From assembly GCA_965153285.1 (NCBI GenBank), contig OZ229113.1: a stretch of 64,000 nt of DNA; one strand, given 5' to 3'. How positions within the stretch are numbered: the stretch's first letter is position 1; every line of letters starts with the position of its first letter. The translations under genes were made by a program, and so were the position numbers. The stretch comes from Podarcis tiliguerta (lineage: Eukaryota). Below the pieces are notes generated by a model that searched no databases, was not told where the DNA came from, and saw nothing but the letters and a program-made list of their open reading frames with translations. Positions 35,043-47,701 of the stretch are shown here, in pieces.

Positions 35043-36577
35043 AGGGAGGAATTTATCACACTGAGATGATCATTCCATCAGGGCCAGTATTTCTGTCTGA
35101 CAAATGGAATGATGCTCCTCTCCCTTCCCGCTGTTCTGTAGGTTCTCCTGACACCCCCCCCCCCAGCTAATTGGGATGGTGGGGTAGGATGCATGGTGGG
35201 AGGAGAGAGGGAAAAGCCCTGTTGTGCAAGTGACAGTCCTTGCACAGGGCTTCTGCTGATTGGGTTCATTAGGTGAATCTTGCCCTTCATTTTCCCATGG
35301 ACAAGAGCAGGCATGTATCATAAGTTGGTTTGTTGCTGCTGCTTACTGGGAGTGCAGAGCAGGAGAGGAAAGGTAGTGGGAAGGTCAGCATAGTGCAAAC
35401 ACACCATCAGGAATGCTGGATTGGCTCCACTTTTGTCCTTGCACTGTCCCAACCTCCCCACTGCCTTTGCTCATTCCATCCCTCCCAGTGAATCAGCCGT
35501 CAGGAGGTCACTGCTACCCACCAATACTATCTGCTGCTGTGCATCAAATAACTATTGATACACTTTCCCCATGGGGAAAATAGCAGCTTCAGGAGATTTT
35601 GCTTAAAAAAAATTGCAGAGGAAAAAGGAATATGGATTCCTAAAATCTATGTCAGCAAGTAGCAGAAACCCCTTGATAATTAGAGATGAAGTGAAAATGT
35701 TGGAGGATAAATAAGGATCAGGAGAAATGCAGATGGAATAAGGGTACACTGATTTGGATCACACGGCCAAACTTGATGTGACATTAACAACACTTCCGGA
35801 AAAAATAAAAACTTCCAGGAAACCTGTTTCTTGTGCATTCACCCTGTTTGCAGGAACGTGATAATGTTAGCTATCTTGTGTGCACTCATTCTGACTTGTT
35901 TGTGGGAAGGTAAGACAATGTTGCATCAAACAAGAGTTCTCCCACAGTTTCCCACATTTTCACATCACTTCCCTTATCACAAAAAGTCCAATCTTTGTGG
36001 GAAGTGGGTTTGTTATTTTAGACCTCCCAATTAACTGTAATTGTGCAAGATGAATTTGATGGTATCTGATTGAATCTTACTTGAAAAGAGTGACAGACTA
36101 GAAACACCCTAAATGTGCCCTTGCATCTAATGTGCAGAGGGTTTATTTTTAAAAATAATAAAATTGCATTACTTGATTAATGGGAACAGAAATGGAAGGT
36201 GGGGGAATCCAGCTCTTTACTCCCCTGCTGTGTCCTGATGATGAAGATTGTTCTCTGAAGCTACTATCTGCAATGAAAGTAAATGCATATTGGGCACCAA
36301 TAAGACCAGTTGAATTAAGTGTGCTAGTAAATGTGTTCCAGATTGTAAAAGAAACAAATGACATCCTATGTCTTTGAACATCACATACAATATCTATTTC
36401 ATTAGCTATATATTGCACATTAATCAGCAGCACCCAACAGCACAGCCTTGTCAGTGACAATCTGATTATCATGCAATAAACCACATTTATTTTATGCAAA
36501 TGTACTGAACATTTGCAGTTGCTAGGAATGTAAATTGCATGGGGAGAAAATGCCCAGTTGTGCAAATAACAGCTTTA

Positions 36578-36668
36578 GGCTATAACCCTATGCTCATTTA
36601 TCTATGAATAAGCCCCACTGACCTTAATAGGACTTACTTCTGAGTAAGCATATATCGGATTGCACTGT
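36578..36668. repeat. Short palindromic dispersed repeat (ancient family)
   Basis: cctatgc...aagcccactg...ggacttact...ggattgca; degraded relatives near 10515, 16205, 22910, 32455, 37735, 56200 and 60310. Confidence 0.5.
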
Positions 36669-37227
36669 CAGATAAGCAATTTTCATCCAGACTGCAGCAG
36701 GGGAGAATGGGTTAAATGCATCTCCTGCTTGCTACAATCCTGATGATCATCAGGCCCCACATGCAAGCTATAATTTATATTTAAAAAATAACATGTACAT
36801 GGAAACATACATCATGTCTAGTTTTTTCTATGTTTCAGTGCAGTTTGAAGGGGCTGAGGCTGCTTCTGGATAGAGGAATGGATCAGAACTATCATTATCC
36901 ATTTCATCCTGTCAATTCATTGCACTAAAAAGAATCAGGATGTTTATGCAGTGGGCCCAATTCTTACGAACATCATCTTGGAGACAATGAAGAAACTAAT
37001 GGGAAGAGATGGTCTCTTGATTATGTATCTCAAAATTTCAAGGCTAAGCTGTTAATCCAAGACTAATGCATCATGTGCTCTTCTCTTGTTTGAGCCTGCC
37101 ATTTTCTAACAAATTGTGTTTCATGAAAGTTGAACATGTAGGAGTCACAAATACTGTGCTTTCCATTATAAAGACACATTTGCAACATTAACAAGTTCTT
37201 TGCAAACCTCATCTGGAAGCACAATTA

Positions 37228-37592
37228 CCGTATTTTTCGCTCTATAACACGCACCAGACCATAACACTCACGTAGTTTTTAGAGGAGGAAAACAAGAAAA
37301 AAAATATTCTAAACGAAATAGTGGATATATATTTTTTGTGGTTCATGCTGTGGCCACAGACATGTGATCTGACAGTGAGTTTGGAGTAGCCCAATGCAAA
37401 AATCCTGAGGATCCATGTGGAGCCATGCTTTGTAACCACAGAGGAGGGAAGGAAGGGGAAACATGGATCCTCTGCTCACGACTGCAGCAGATCCCCCCTG
37501 CCACCCGCAGGCATTCGCTCCATAACACGCACAGACATTTCCCCTTACTTTCTAGGAGGAAAAAAGTGAGTGTTATGGTGCAAAAAATACGG
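37228..37592. mobile_element. Tc1/mariner (pogo/Tc2-like) MITE
   Basis: TIRs ccgtatttttcgctctataacac / gttatggtgcaaaaaatacgg with TA TSD. Confidence 0.85.
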
Positions 37593-40500
37593 TAATCATG
37601 TTATCTGTATTTTCTAAGGAGTTTTTGTTGTTCTTGCGTGGAAGGATTAAAATGCTACCTTCGTAGTTATTTGCTTGACTCTGATATCAGATAAAGTAGG
37701 CTATGATCAATTAAAACACTTCTGCAGCCCAACACTAAGCTTATTTTCTTATAAGTAATGCTAATTCAATTCAGTGTGCTAGTGAAAGTGTTTAGGATTG
37801 TATCCTTGGTGCATATGCACAGTTCCTGTTTTGTTTATAAAAGCTAATATAATTTGCCATACTGGAAATAAAAAATGACACCTCTGTTGAACATTGTGTG
37901 CAACATGTATTTCATTAACTAAAGGCTGCATATTAATCAACATCACCCTATAACACAACTTTGTCAGTGATGTTCTTATTATCTTTCAATACACCACATG
38001 TTTGTCCTATGCAAATGTGTTGACTGCTCAGTATTGTTAATAATATAAACAACATATTCTCTTACACTTTGGGGGGATATTCTGTTCTGGGTGACTTATT
38101 AATAGCAGCAGTTATAGCAATATTGAGTCTGTCCCTGTCAGGTGAAATATCCCATATGTACATATTATGCTGGAACACAATAAAGATGAGATTGCCATAT
38201 GAGATTTCACAGATGCTGAATTATAATTCTACAACAAAACAGAAATGTGTAGAAACTCCTTCACTCTTCTATCCCATTGCATTTCTTTCTTCACATATTC
38301 TGCAAACTCTTGTCAGGATAAAATATATCTGTTTTCTAATATAATTTGTTAAATAGGTAAGCCTTCAACCTAAATTTAATGAACATGATCCAGTAATATT
38401 TATAATATGTTCCTTTGCATGTTTTGTCCAGAAGTAAGTTTGTTGTATTCTGTGAATCTTATACTAAGGTTGACTGGAGCAGGAATGAACATTGTGACCA
38501 TGTGGTCTCACATCTCTCACATGCTGTCATGCAATACTTCCAGGTATGTTAAACCATAGTTTCCCATGACATCTGAACTGAAAATCCCTATGCTGCTGCT
38601 CAAGCTTGCTTTGGACAGTGAGGCGAGTTTGCAACTGGTACTGAAGCAGCTGCTGCCAATTTGATTGCTGGCACATTACATGTCAGCATGCTGAGATAAG
38701 GCAATGGAGCCATTTTAAGCCTGCCCTGCCTTTTCCTCACTCTCTTCCTTGGCTGCCACTCTCCCTCCCTTTATTGTGGTATGACTGGTGTTTGTCACCT
38801 ACTCCATACTATGTGATAGGAGACCATTAGGTACACTGTCTTAATACTCAGCTATTCTGTCCAATAGGTTGATCTGGCTCCTAATTGTTGATTGATAAAT
38901 TAATCTGGTCATCAGAGTGTTTCTCAGATAGATTAATATGGTCAATTTGTCAGGACCCAGGAGCAATACATGGATTGCCTCTGAGGTCAATTTGTCTCAC
39001 ACCTGGAGTTTTGGGAACCCTTGGGTAGTAGCAATGCAGAAAGGCTTCCCTGCTTACCTTCAGGTTGTTGCTGGGGTAGGGGGAAAGCAAACTGGTTTGT
39101 CTTTGAACTGGCAGAGGATAGGTCATCCTTAAAGCTGTGGGATTTGATTTATAGTCAGTTCCTTTGTTTCCCTCTACAGGTTTTAAGTTTTATAAAGTGG
39201 CCCTTATTCAACTCAGCTATACATGCTCATGTCTTTATTTCAGCCCTAGGCCATAAACTGTCATGTATCAAACAATCATTTGACCCTTGCTTGATATCCT
39301 AGAGTAGTCAGTGTTAAAGTCTCACTTTCTCAGTTCAGTTTAGCATAAAGGTACACAAGAGACAGGAAGAGAAGAGGTGGAAATGCATGGGCATTTGTCA
39401 GGTTTTGGAATAACATCAGAACTGAGCTTTAGTTGTGTCTATGCCCAATATAACAATGGGAGTCAATATAGTTACAAACATACATCTATACTCTGCACAA
39501 AGCATCAAATTCACCAGAACTAGTGCACCTCACTCACCTGTGTATTATACTGTAATGAGACTTTTGTTTGTAGAGAGCTACACACCATATAACCACCCTT
39601 TAATGAGTGGGGTCCAAAATTATAGGCATTATTTGCATAGATTCTGATTCACACAGAGACTGTGCGCACAGAAGATTAAAGGTGCTTGAGCCCTGTTATA
39701 GTCTAAATACTGTCACAGTCCTTCATATCCTTATTTGGTATCCCATATCTGCTACACAGTATCTACCATGAAATGTGTCAAAAACTTGGGAGCATTCTGC
39801 TTAAACTCAGAGGAAGCTTCTTGTGAAATTGGACAACTTGTAACAGTCTCTTTTCAAGGAAGTGATTTTATCCAAACATCATATCTGAATTTTGTACCCA
39901 TCTGCAGTTTTCTTCCTATTTTGCTTCTTAGGGATGTTGTGTGTATTTGGTCATCTTCAAAAATATTTTTAAGCATTTTGGACATCAGACATGTGTAATG
40001 CTGGACAGAACTATTCTCTTAACTCCTCCCACCCCCACCAGAAAAGCTTGGCTACATAGATTTCTTATTGTGAGGAAATGTTGATTTCAATGAAAACTGT
40101 ATTTCTACTGCAAAATGCCTTTACTTGCAGTTTCTTGACCAGCTTTCTTTCTGGTTCTCTCTAAGTGGTTCGGAATTTATAGCCGATATATGAAAGTCCC
40201 TGTTATCAGAAAGGCTACTATATAATGGGAGATATTTCCAGCTGCTGTAAATCTGCATAGCTCCATTAAACTGTATGAAACAGCATCAATTTACAGCAGC
40301 CACAAATCGAAGCCAGTGTTTGTAACGACAGTTCATGTTCGTTGGCATAAATCTAGGTTATGAATTCAAACCAATTTGTAACCGAAAAAGGTCACTCAAT
40401 AACTGAGAGAACAATGTTTCAAGAGACTCATGAAATGCAAGTGCATAGTAGTGGGAGATGCTTTGTGGTATGGCTTCGCTTGTTGCCTAGCAACAGAGAC

Positions 40501-40749
40501 ATATGCCAGATAAATAATGGATGCTCTTGCCATATGAGAACCACTGAAGGATGTATAAAGTTTAGGACCATATTATATCTTTTATCAAACCATCCTCAGG
40601 TTACATCACTGAGCAAATTACTGGGTGAGCTTCACTGAACAAAGTAGGAGTTACTTCTGAGAAAACGTTTTGCAAACTTTAGTATTACACAAATCTCTTC
40701 TTCATTGTTCAGTGTTCACCAAAGTGCATGTGACACCCAAGTCCCATCA

Positions 40750-41135
40750 GGCATAAGGACCCCCTGGACAGCAAAGTCCAGTCCAGTCAAACTTGACTAT
40801 GGGATGCAGTGCTCATCTTTCTTCAAGCTGAGGGAGCCAGCATTTGTCCACAGACAGCTTTCTGGGTCATGTGGTCAGCATGACTAAACCACTTCTGGTG
40901 CAACAGGACACCTTAATGAGTGCCAGAGTGCACAGAAACGCCATTTAACTTTTCGCTGCAGTGGTACTTATTTATCTATTTGCACTAGTGTGCTTTCAAA
41001 CTGCTGCAGTAGGTTGGCAGAAGCTGGTACAGAACAATAGGAACTCACCAAGATCATGCGGATTTGAACTTCCAACCTTCCGATCAGCAACTCCAAGGGG
41101 CTCACTGGTTTAGAGCACAGCTCCAGCTGCATTCC
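40750..41135 (-). mobile_element. Sauria-type SINE, degraded
   Basis: Reverse-complement homology to 26839-27205 (ggtacttatttatctatttgcact..., actggtttagagcacagc). Confidence 0.8.
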
Positions 41136-41757
41136 TCCATCAGGCAGATTTCTGAAAGTTGCCTTAACCCAATCATGCCTTGTTATACCTACTGTTTTTC
41201 TCCCCCACTTCCTTACCTGTGCAGACTCCCTGCCAGACTGGCAAGCATGTCACACCATTCCCAAATGGCAGTCTAGTTAGTGCTAGCTGTGTGGAGTAGG
41301 CATAAAGAGAGAGAGAGATATATAAAACAAGGAGTCTCTCTCTCTCTTCCCTCCCCCCACCGCCCAAATTGCTTCTCAGCCTTGGGAGACTAGCAATTGT
41401 AGAAAGCCCACAATACTTATAGGGAGTGAGGGCAGACAAAAAGGTGGAGGATTTAGAGTGAGGACCTGGGTAATAAACCAGACTCAACCTGCTTTCCAAT
41501 TGGTGAACCTTTACTAGTGACGTCTCTCTCCCTTCCCTTCAGGAGCAAAAATTCATGAATTGTCTCTCCGAAAGGAATGGGGTAGGGGCATGCATGTCCC
41601 CTCTGGAAATATGTTAGCAGCACTCTCAGAATGTGTATTTGTCTTGGGCAAATGTTGAGCTGCTTATAATTTGATACATTTAGAACATGTTTTGAACTGT
41701 TACTAATCTATTAATAGTAACCAAATGCCATCAGTTTATAGTGGACTATTTTCCTAG

Positions 41758-42123
41758 GTAAAGGTAAAGGTACCCTTGCCCGTACGGGCCAGTCTTGACA
41801 GACTCTAGGGTTGTGCGCTCATCTCACTCTAGAGGCCGGGTGCCGGCACCGTCCGAAGACACTTCCGGGTCACGTGGCCAGCGTGACGAAGCTGCTCTGG
41901 CGAGCCTGCACCAGCGCAGCACACAGAAACGCCGTTTACCTTCCCGCTATAAAGCGGTACCTATTTATCTACTTGCACTTAAGAGTGCTTTCGAATTGCC
42001 TGGTGGACAGGAGCTGAGACCGAATGACGGGAGCTCACCCCGCCACGGGGATTCGAACCGCCGACCATGCGATCGGCAAGTCCTAGGCGCTGAGGTTTTA
42101 CCCATAGCGCCACCTGCGTCCCT
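41758..42123 (-). mobile_element. Young Sauria-type SINE
   Basis: (ggtaaa)n tail, CpG-rich body, B-box ggttcgaatcc on the minus strand, TSD act(a/g)ttttcctag at 41745-41757 and 42124-42136. Confidence 0.9.
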
Positions 42124-42732
42124 ACTGTTTTCCTAGTCCAGTGCAATTTATATGGGAAATCTCTGTATGAATTATGATTTAGTTGACCATTAGAGAAGTT
42201 TAGAGAGAATTATTTTGAACATAGAATTTTACTAACATATCTCAGATATTTTTGCAGCTGTTGATATTTTGTAGAAAGGATGTAAAAAGGATGCCTAAAT
42301 TGTTGACTATTTCACAAATGCTAAACATGCTGCCTAGGGGAACTATTCATCAACCCTCTCTTCCAAATAAGTCCCACTAAAATTAATGAATGTGGCATAG
42401 GATCAAATACTAGTGGAATTACACTCTAAATCACTTTCTTATCCAAACAGTATGGCTTAAATGATAATAGTGAGGAATAAGGCATGGTCCTCAATGGTTT
42501 GGCTGGTTGATAATAGGGTGCATAGGGTTTCCTTTATTAGGAAATATTTACCAGTTAATCACTGCAAATGGATTTAAATTAGTTTAGCCTTATACCCATT
42601 AGTGTAATTCTGTAATTTACTGATGCAATTTTAAGCAAGCAAATAAACTAGTTCAATTATCTCTATTCTGGATGAATGCATTCATTTATGTGGTACACAA
42701 CATGATGGGCATTTCCTTGGCATATTTGCAAC

Positions 42733-42788
42733 CTGCTCAGATCCTAAGCATATTATATCTGCTCAGATCCTAAGCATATTATATCTGC
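42733..42788. repeat. Tandem duplication, 2 x 26 bp
   Basis: ctgctcagatcctaagcatattatat occurs twice. Confidence 0.9.
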
Positions 42789-43100
42789 CCCATTTAAAAC
42801 CAGGGTAGTCATATGTCTGGTCCAATGCAAGGTCAATCATAAACAAAACACAAGGAGAGATATTGATAGGGATGTAAAGCTGTTCACCAACAGTTAGCAC
42901 CTGAGGGGAAGACTGAGCAGGGCCCCAGGGGTCCTCACCACAATCTTCCCCATTAGGATGAGATGTTTTGCATGCCTATTTAGATTATAGTATTTCTTAA
43001 TATGGCATCTATAATATAAATTAGCCTATGCTGATTCTTTTTAAATTTGTTTTCAGAGATGCATTTTCTCTATTTTGGCTATTTTCTCTATTAGTTCAGT

Positions 43101-43102
<2 letters not shown>

Positions 43103-43148
<46 letters not shown>

Positions 43149-43166
43149 CACACACACACACACACA
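43103..43166. repeat. Compound (CT)n(CA)n microsatellite
   Basis: Direct reading. Confidence 0.95.
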
Positions 43167-43378
43167 ATATTTGCAGTGGAGCAGAATGACAAGAAAGATT
43201 TTGCTTGTTTTCAAAAATCAGAGAACTAATTGGCAACCTTTAGTTTCTTGAAATTTCCTTTCTTTAGGCTCCTTATGGTTTCAGCTACCTGATTTGTAAC
43301 TTTAGCCAATATGTTAACTGGCTAATTAGAGGATAAGTATAACGTGCATGAATGAAAGATGTTTTAGACAACTTTCCC

Positions 43379-43681
43379 CAGGGGTTGGCAACCTAAGGCC
43401 CATGGGCCACAAGCAGACCATGGGAGTCGTTTAACAGAGCGATGAGCCGCCCCCAAACCGAGCTGCCCACTTGGCGAGTTCCCACGTGCAGCTCTAAACT
43501 GGCACAGTGCAGCACGGGGACTCACTTCCGCGGTGCTGGAAATTGCATCTGCGCAGACGCCGGAAATCATGTCTGCACAACCACAGATGCTGGAAATTGT
43601 GCGTCCGCCCGCAATCTGGCTCACGGAGGGATCTCCGCTGGAGTGAACTGGCTCAGGCAAGGCAAACCTTGCTGACCCCTG
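43379..43681. mobile_element. hAT-type MITE
   Basis: Ends caggggttggcaa / ttgctgacccctg; 8-bp TSD actttccc / acttttcc. Confidence 0.85.
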
Positions 43682-46600
43682 ACTTTTCCTGTAGCTGGAG
43701 CAATTCTGAATATGTTGGTGATCAAACGAGCCTTAGAAGAATGCATCAGCTTCACATGCTTTATGAATGGTATGTCTCTTCAACTCACAAATTTATAAAT
43801 AAATATGTATACACATTTAAAATGAGTTATTTTTAAAGAAGCACCAGACCAATGCTGTTAGATTTGGAAATATCACTATGGACATTATTAGACTTGGACA
43901 GTTCACTCTCCCAAGGGGTACTAAATGGGTATGGGTATGTAAATAGTTTCACTTAACTATTTACATCATCTTTTGACAGGCTCTTGTACTCCTCTCTTTC
44001 AAAAGAGTTTGCATATGCAGCAAATGGGATATAGTGCTGTTCTAGAAACACAGATGTAAATATGACTTGGGCACACAGACTCTTTAATTCCAGGTCATTG
44101 GCTCAACCCATACATGAAAAAACTAAATAAGTAAATGATGGTTAGCAAAAACAAATGCATGCATGCTTATCCTGAGATATTTAAAGTCAAATTAGGTCTT
44201 TGGGGATATCTAGCTGATTTATATACTGCTTGATTGGGAGGGGGGGGGGACCACTTCATAGTTGACAAAAAAATGGTATCCTATTATCCATCAAGCCATA
44301 GTTAGTAACTATAGAAGATGTATTGGTTGGTTATTCTGATTGGAAATATGCTTTGTGACTAAGTAGCAAGCAATAGTTGCATCTGAGCTCTTTGTGAAGC
44401 TGAAGCAATTAGAAAATGGAATGCTGTGGCGCTTGAGACCTTCTGCTGGGAGCTAATGGGCTGCAAAAGGAGAGGAGATCTAGCAGTCAATGAATCTTGG
44501 AAAGAGGCAGAGGAGAGAGAGCTACAATGTCTATAAACTATGACAGCTTGTGTGTTAGTTTGCTATCAGTGCATGACTTGGATGCCTAATAGCCTACAGT
44601 CACCTTAGTTGTAATTTTCCAGTAACTCCCTCCCAGAAATTAGGAAGCTGTTGTTTGAAACCATACCTGAAAAGAACTTGTACAATGAAGGCAGTGTCAA
44701 AACAGTGTTTTACATCTGTTGATGTAGTAAGAGAAAATAATGAGAATGTTAAGAATCTCTGGGAGATACAGAACTTCCCCCATGGCCTCATTCTCTCCTA
44801 ACTAGTTTGGCTGTAATTGGCATGAGACAACACACCTATCAATGTCTAGCACCCAAACGAAGCTTTGGACCTGATGTCATTTAATGCCTTTTTGTAGATG
44901 ACATTCTCCTGGAGTTGTGGGTATATTTGTGGTGGGTAATTTTTCAATAATATTGTGACATAAATCCAATCCAATATTTTGCAACAAATGTCTTCCATGT
45001 CATCCAAGCGGAAATGACCATCAGTAATTAGTACCCTATGAATTTCTGTTACAAGGACAGAAACATGCCCCTATGCACCGCTTTTGCCAATCGCCTTCCT
45101 AATCCTACACTGGACGCATTTCTCAATCGGTGGCTCCTACGTGCTGCAGCCACTTGTGTTTCTGAACTGGAACTGAGCCAAGAATCAGCTCTGATGGATG
45201 TTATATTACTCAAAATGCAATGCCCAATGCTAAGCTGGGCATGGTGCATGGATAATCTAACATGGTGTCTAGTTTCTGTAGTTTACAACTGAGTGCTCAC
45301 TTGCATCCCATAAGGAAGTTCTGCCATTGCTCTCTACCATGAAAAAATGTTGTGTGTGTGTGGAGGGGGGAGCAGATGAAGTGAACAACTTGCAGCAGCA
45401 GCAACAACAGTGGTGCTCCATGGCTTTGGTAGTGGCTATGGCAACCAGGGCAACCAGTAGTAGTCCTGAAGGATGAACAGGATTGGGTAGTGACAAGTGA
45501 CCCTGAGACCTCAGCAGGCTCCTAACGGTGCTGACCACTGATGCCAGGAGTGTGACAACCTGATTCTGTATGCATTTCCTGGATTAGTATGATTGTCTTA
45601 TGCAAAACTTGAAGGAGTGAGGGGCATCAATGCATTAGTGATCCAGCAAAGTCTCTCTCCCAAGAAGCTGTACAGAAAATGCAGATTGTGTGAAGCCAAG
45701 TGTAATGTATTTCCCCCTGCTTGTTCCATTATTAGTATTTTTTATTTTTTTTACAGGCTGGTAATAAAAGAAGCACTTTCCAAAAGTGTAAAAGTGCAGC
45801 ATGAAAGCAGGGTCATGAGCTTGTTCAGAGATTTGTACAGACTAATTCTGAATGTGCAATGACTACCTTTTGTTGAACTCTCTTACATGTGGGAGGAATT
45901 CATAAAGATATAGCCAGGAAAACATATTCCTTCATTGGCATTTTTTTCCCCTCTCTCAATCTCTCTCTCTCTTTTAAAAAGTAAAGTATTTAGTTTCTCT
46001 TATCCTAGTGATAAATACACATATGTTAGATGAACTTTGAACCTAGAATTCTAGAGTAAAAGAAAATGAAATAAAAGGTCAGAGGAATGAAACCAACTTA
46101 CAAAGAGATCTCCATGATGAAAGAGCTTTATTGTTCCATGGAATGTCTATAAAATCGTCTTTGTTTTTTTATTTCTTCAGCACTAAATCTAAAGCTGTTG
46201 CCATCCTTGCCGCATTTCTTCAGAGCCACATCCATAATTCTGTTTCTCCTTTGCTCAAAGAGGTGAAGCACCCATTGCAGAAATAATAGGCAATTTTGAA
46301 ATCCATTCAGAGGTGTAAATTATGCAAGTCTTAGCCAAAAGAAATCAGTATAATCTGCAAAGAAATACCATTAATTTTAGTGCCCAGGGACAAGCTTAAT
46401 CTAAGCCACCAGTCAATGAGAAAACCCTGTAAAAGAGAGATACTGCAAAATGATGTTATTTATAATAATGAAGAGTTGACCGTGATTAATAAGTATTTAT
46501 TTTTTCCATCAAAAACTGCTCGACTAGGGAAATAAATGTGTGGTCTTCATTGCTCTAAATATATTATACATGAGAAGAGAAGAACAATAAGGAACGAAAG

Positions 46601-47607
46601 ATGCATGCAATACCATATCTCACTTTCTATAACAGGAAACCCGTCCATTTTATTACATTAACACAGCAATTCCTTCTGTTTATGCCATTTACTGGTGGCA
46701 TTCCAAATCAAGAAAAGGTATGAACACTATATTCTGTGTGATGGTCTTATAAATTAGACCACTCGAGTCCATGACAGCTTATAATATATATCCTGGAAGA
46801 ATTAAGGAGGTTGAAAATAAAAATCATCCCCTATACTAGACTGCATAATGTAAAGTATAGGATGATATAAATTCTATCAATGTACTGTCCATACAAGGAT
46901 GGCTCAGGCTGCAGTCACACATGGGATTTACTCTGATAGTTTTACTGCTCATAGGACTACCACTCCTGTTTCTTTCACACTGCGGTACCTCGATCCTGAC
47001 ATGTCACACTAAATTCCATTCACATTCTGGCTGTTACCTACAAAATTCTGACCCTGAAGTTAAAATAAATTCAGCTGGCCTTCTCTGTGTGGTTCACCAT
47101 GTTATGGTCTGCAAGTTCTTTGGGGACATGAAGAAAACAGAAGGATGGATAGGTGTCAGCATCTAGCTACCCAGAGTGGAAGTGTCTCTTTTATATTATA
47201 TTATATATTATATATAGAGAGAGAGAACAAATTCCTGAAGCTTAAAATATTCAGTCTTTGCATTCCGTTCTTAAATATTTCATGGAAGGTATAATTTGAC
47301 AGTGACCTCTAAAGTTAACTTATTACTAGTGTCATCTGAGGAATTAGTGAATTGCGCTTGGTTCATATAATCCTGTCCATGGAGTGGTTTTTCCAGCTAT
47401 AAAAACTCAAAGCATTGAAGTTGTATGGACACACTCAATTTCTTCAGCCACACCTCCTATTCTGGGAAACAGTGGCAATCATGCAAGCCATAGAGAACAA
47501 AAGAAAAGAAAAATGATCTCAGGTCAGGTCTGCCAGCTTCATAGTTCCATGGATTGAAATCTATAATGTATACAGATCTCCCTTGTCTAATAGTTTAGCT
47601 CTATTAT

Positions 47608-47701
47608 GCAGCCAATCAGAAGCCGCACTTCGGTTTCCGAACGTTTTGGAAGTCAAACAGTCTTCCGGATTGGATTCCATACGACTTCCAAGGTACGACT
47701 G
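47608..47701. mobile_element. One-ended fragment of a Tc1/mariner MITE related to 24836-25077
   Basis: gcagccaatcagaagccgcacttcggtttcc...ccaaggtacgactg followed by TA. Confidence 0.65.

Noticed and set aside
45038-45292. CpG-containing ORFs on both strands as a host exon
   Set aside because: No recognisable protein similarity or convincing splice-site pair
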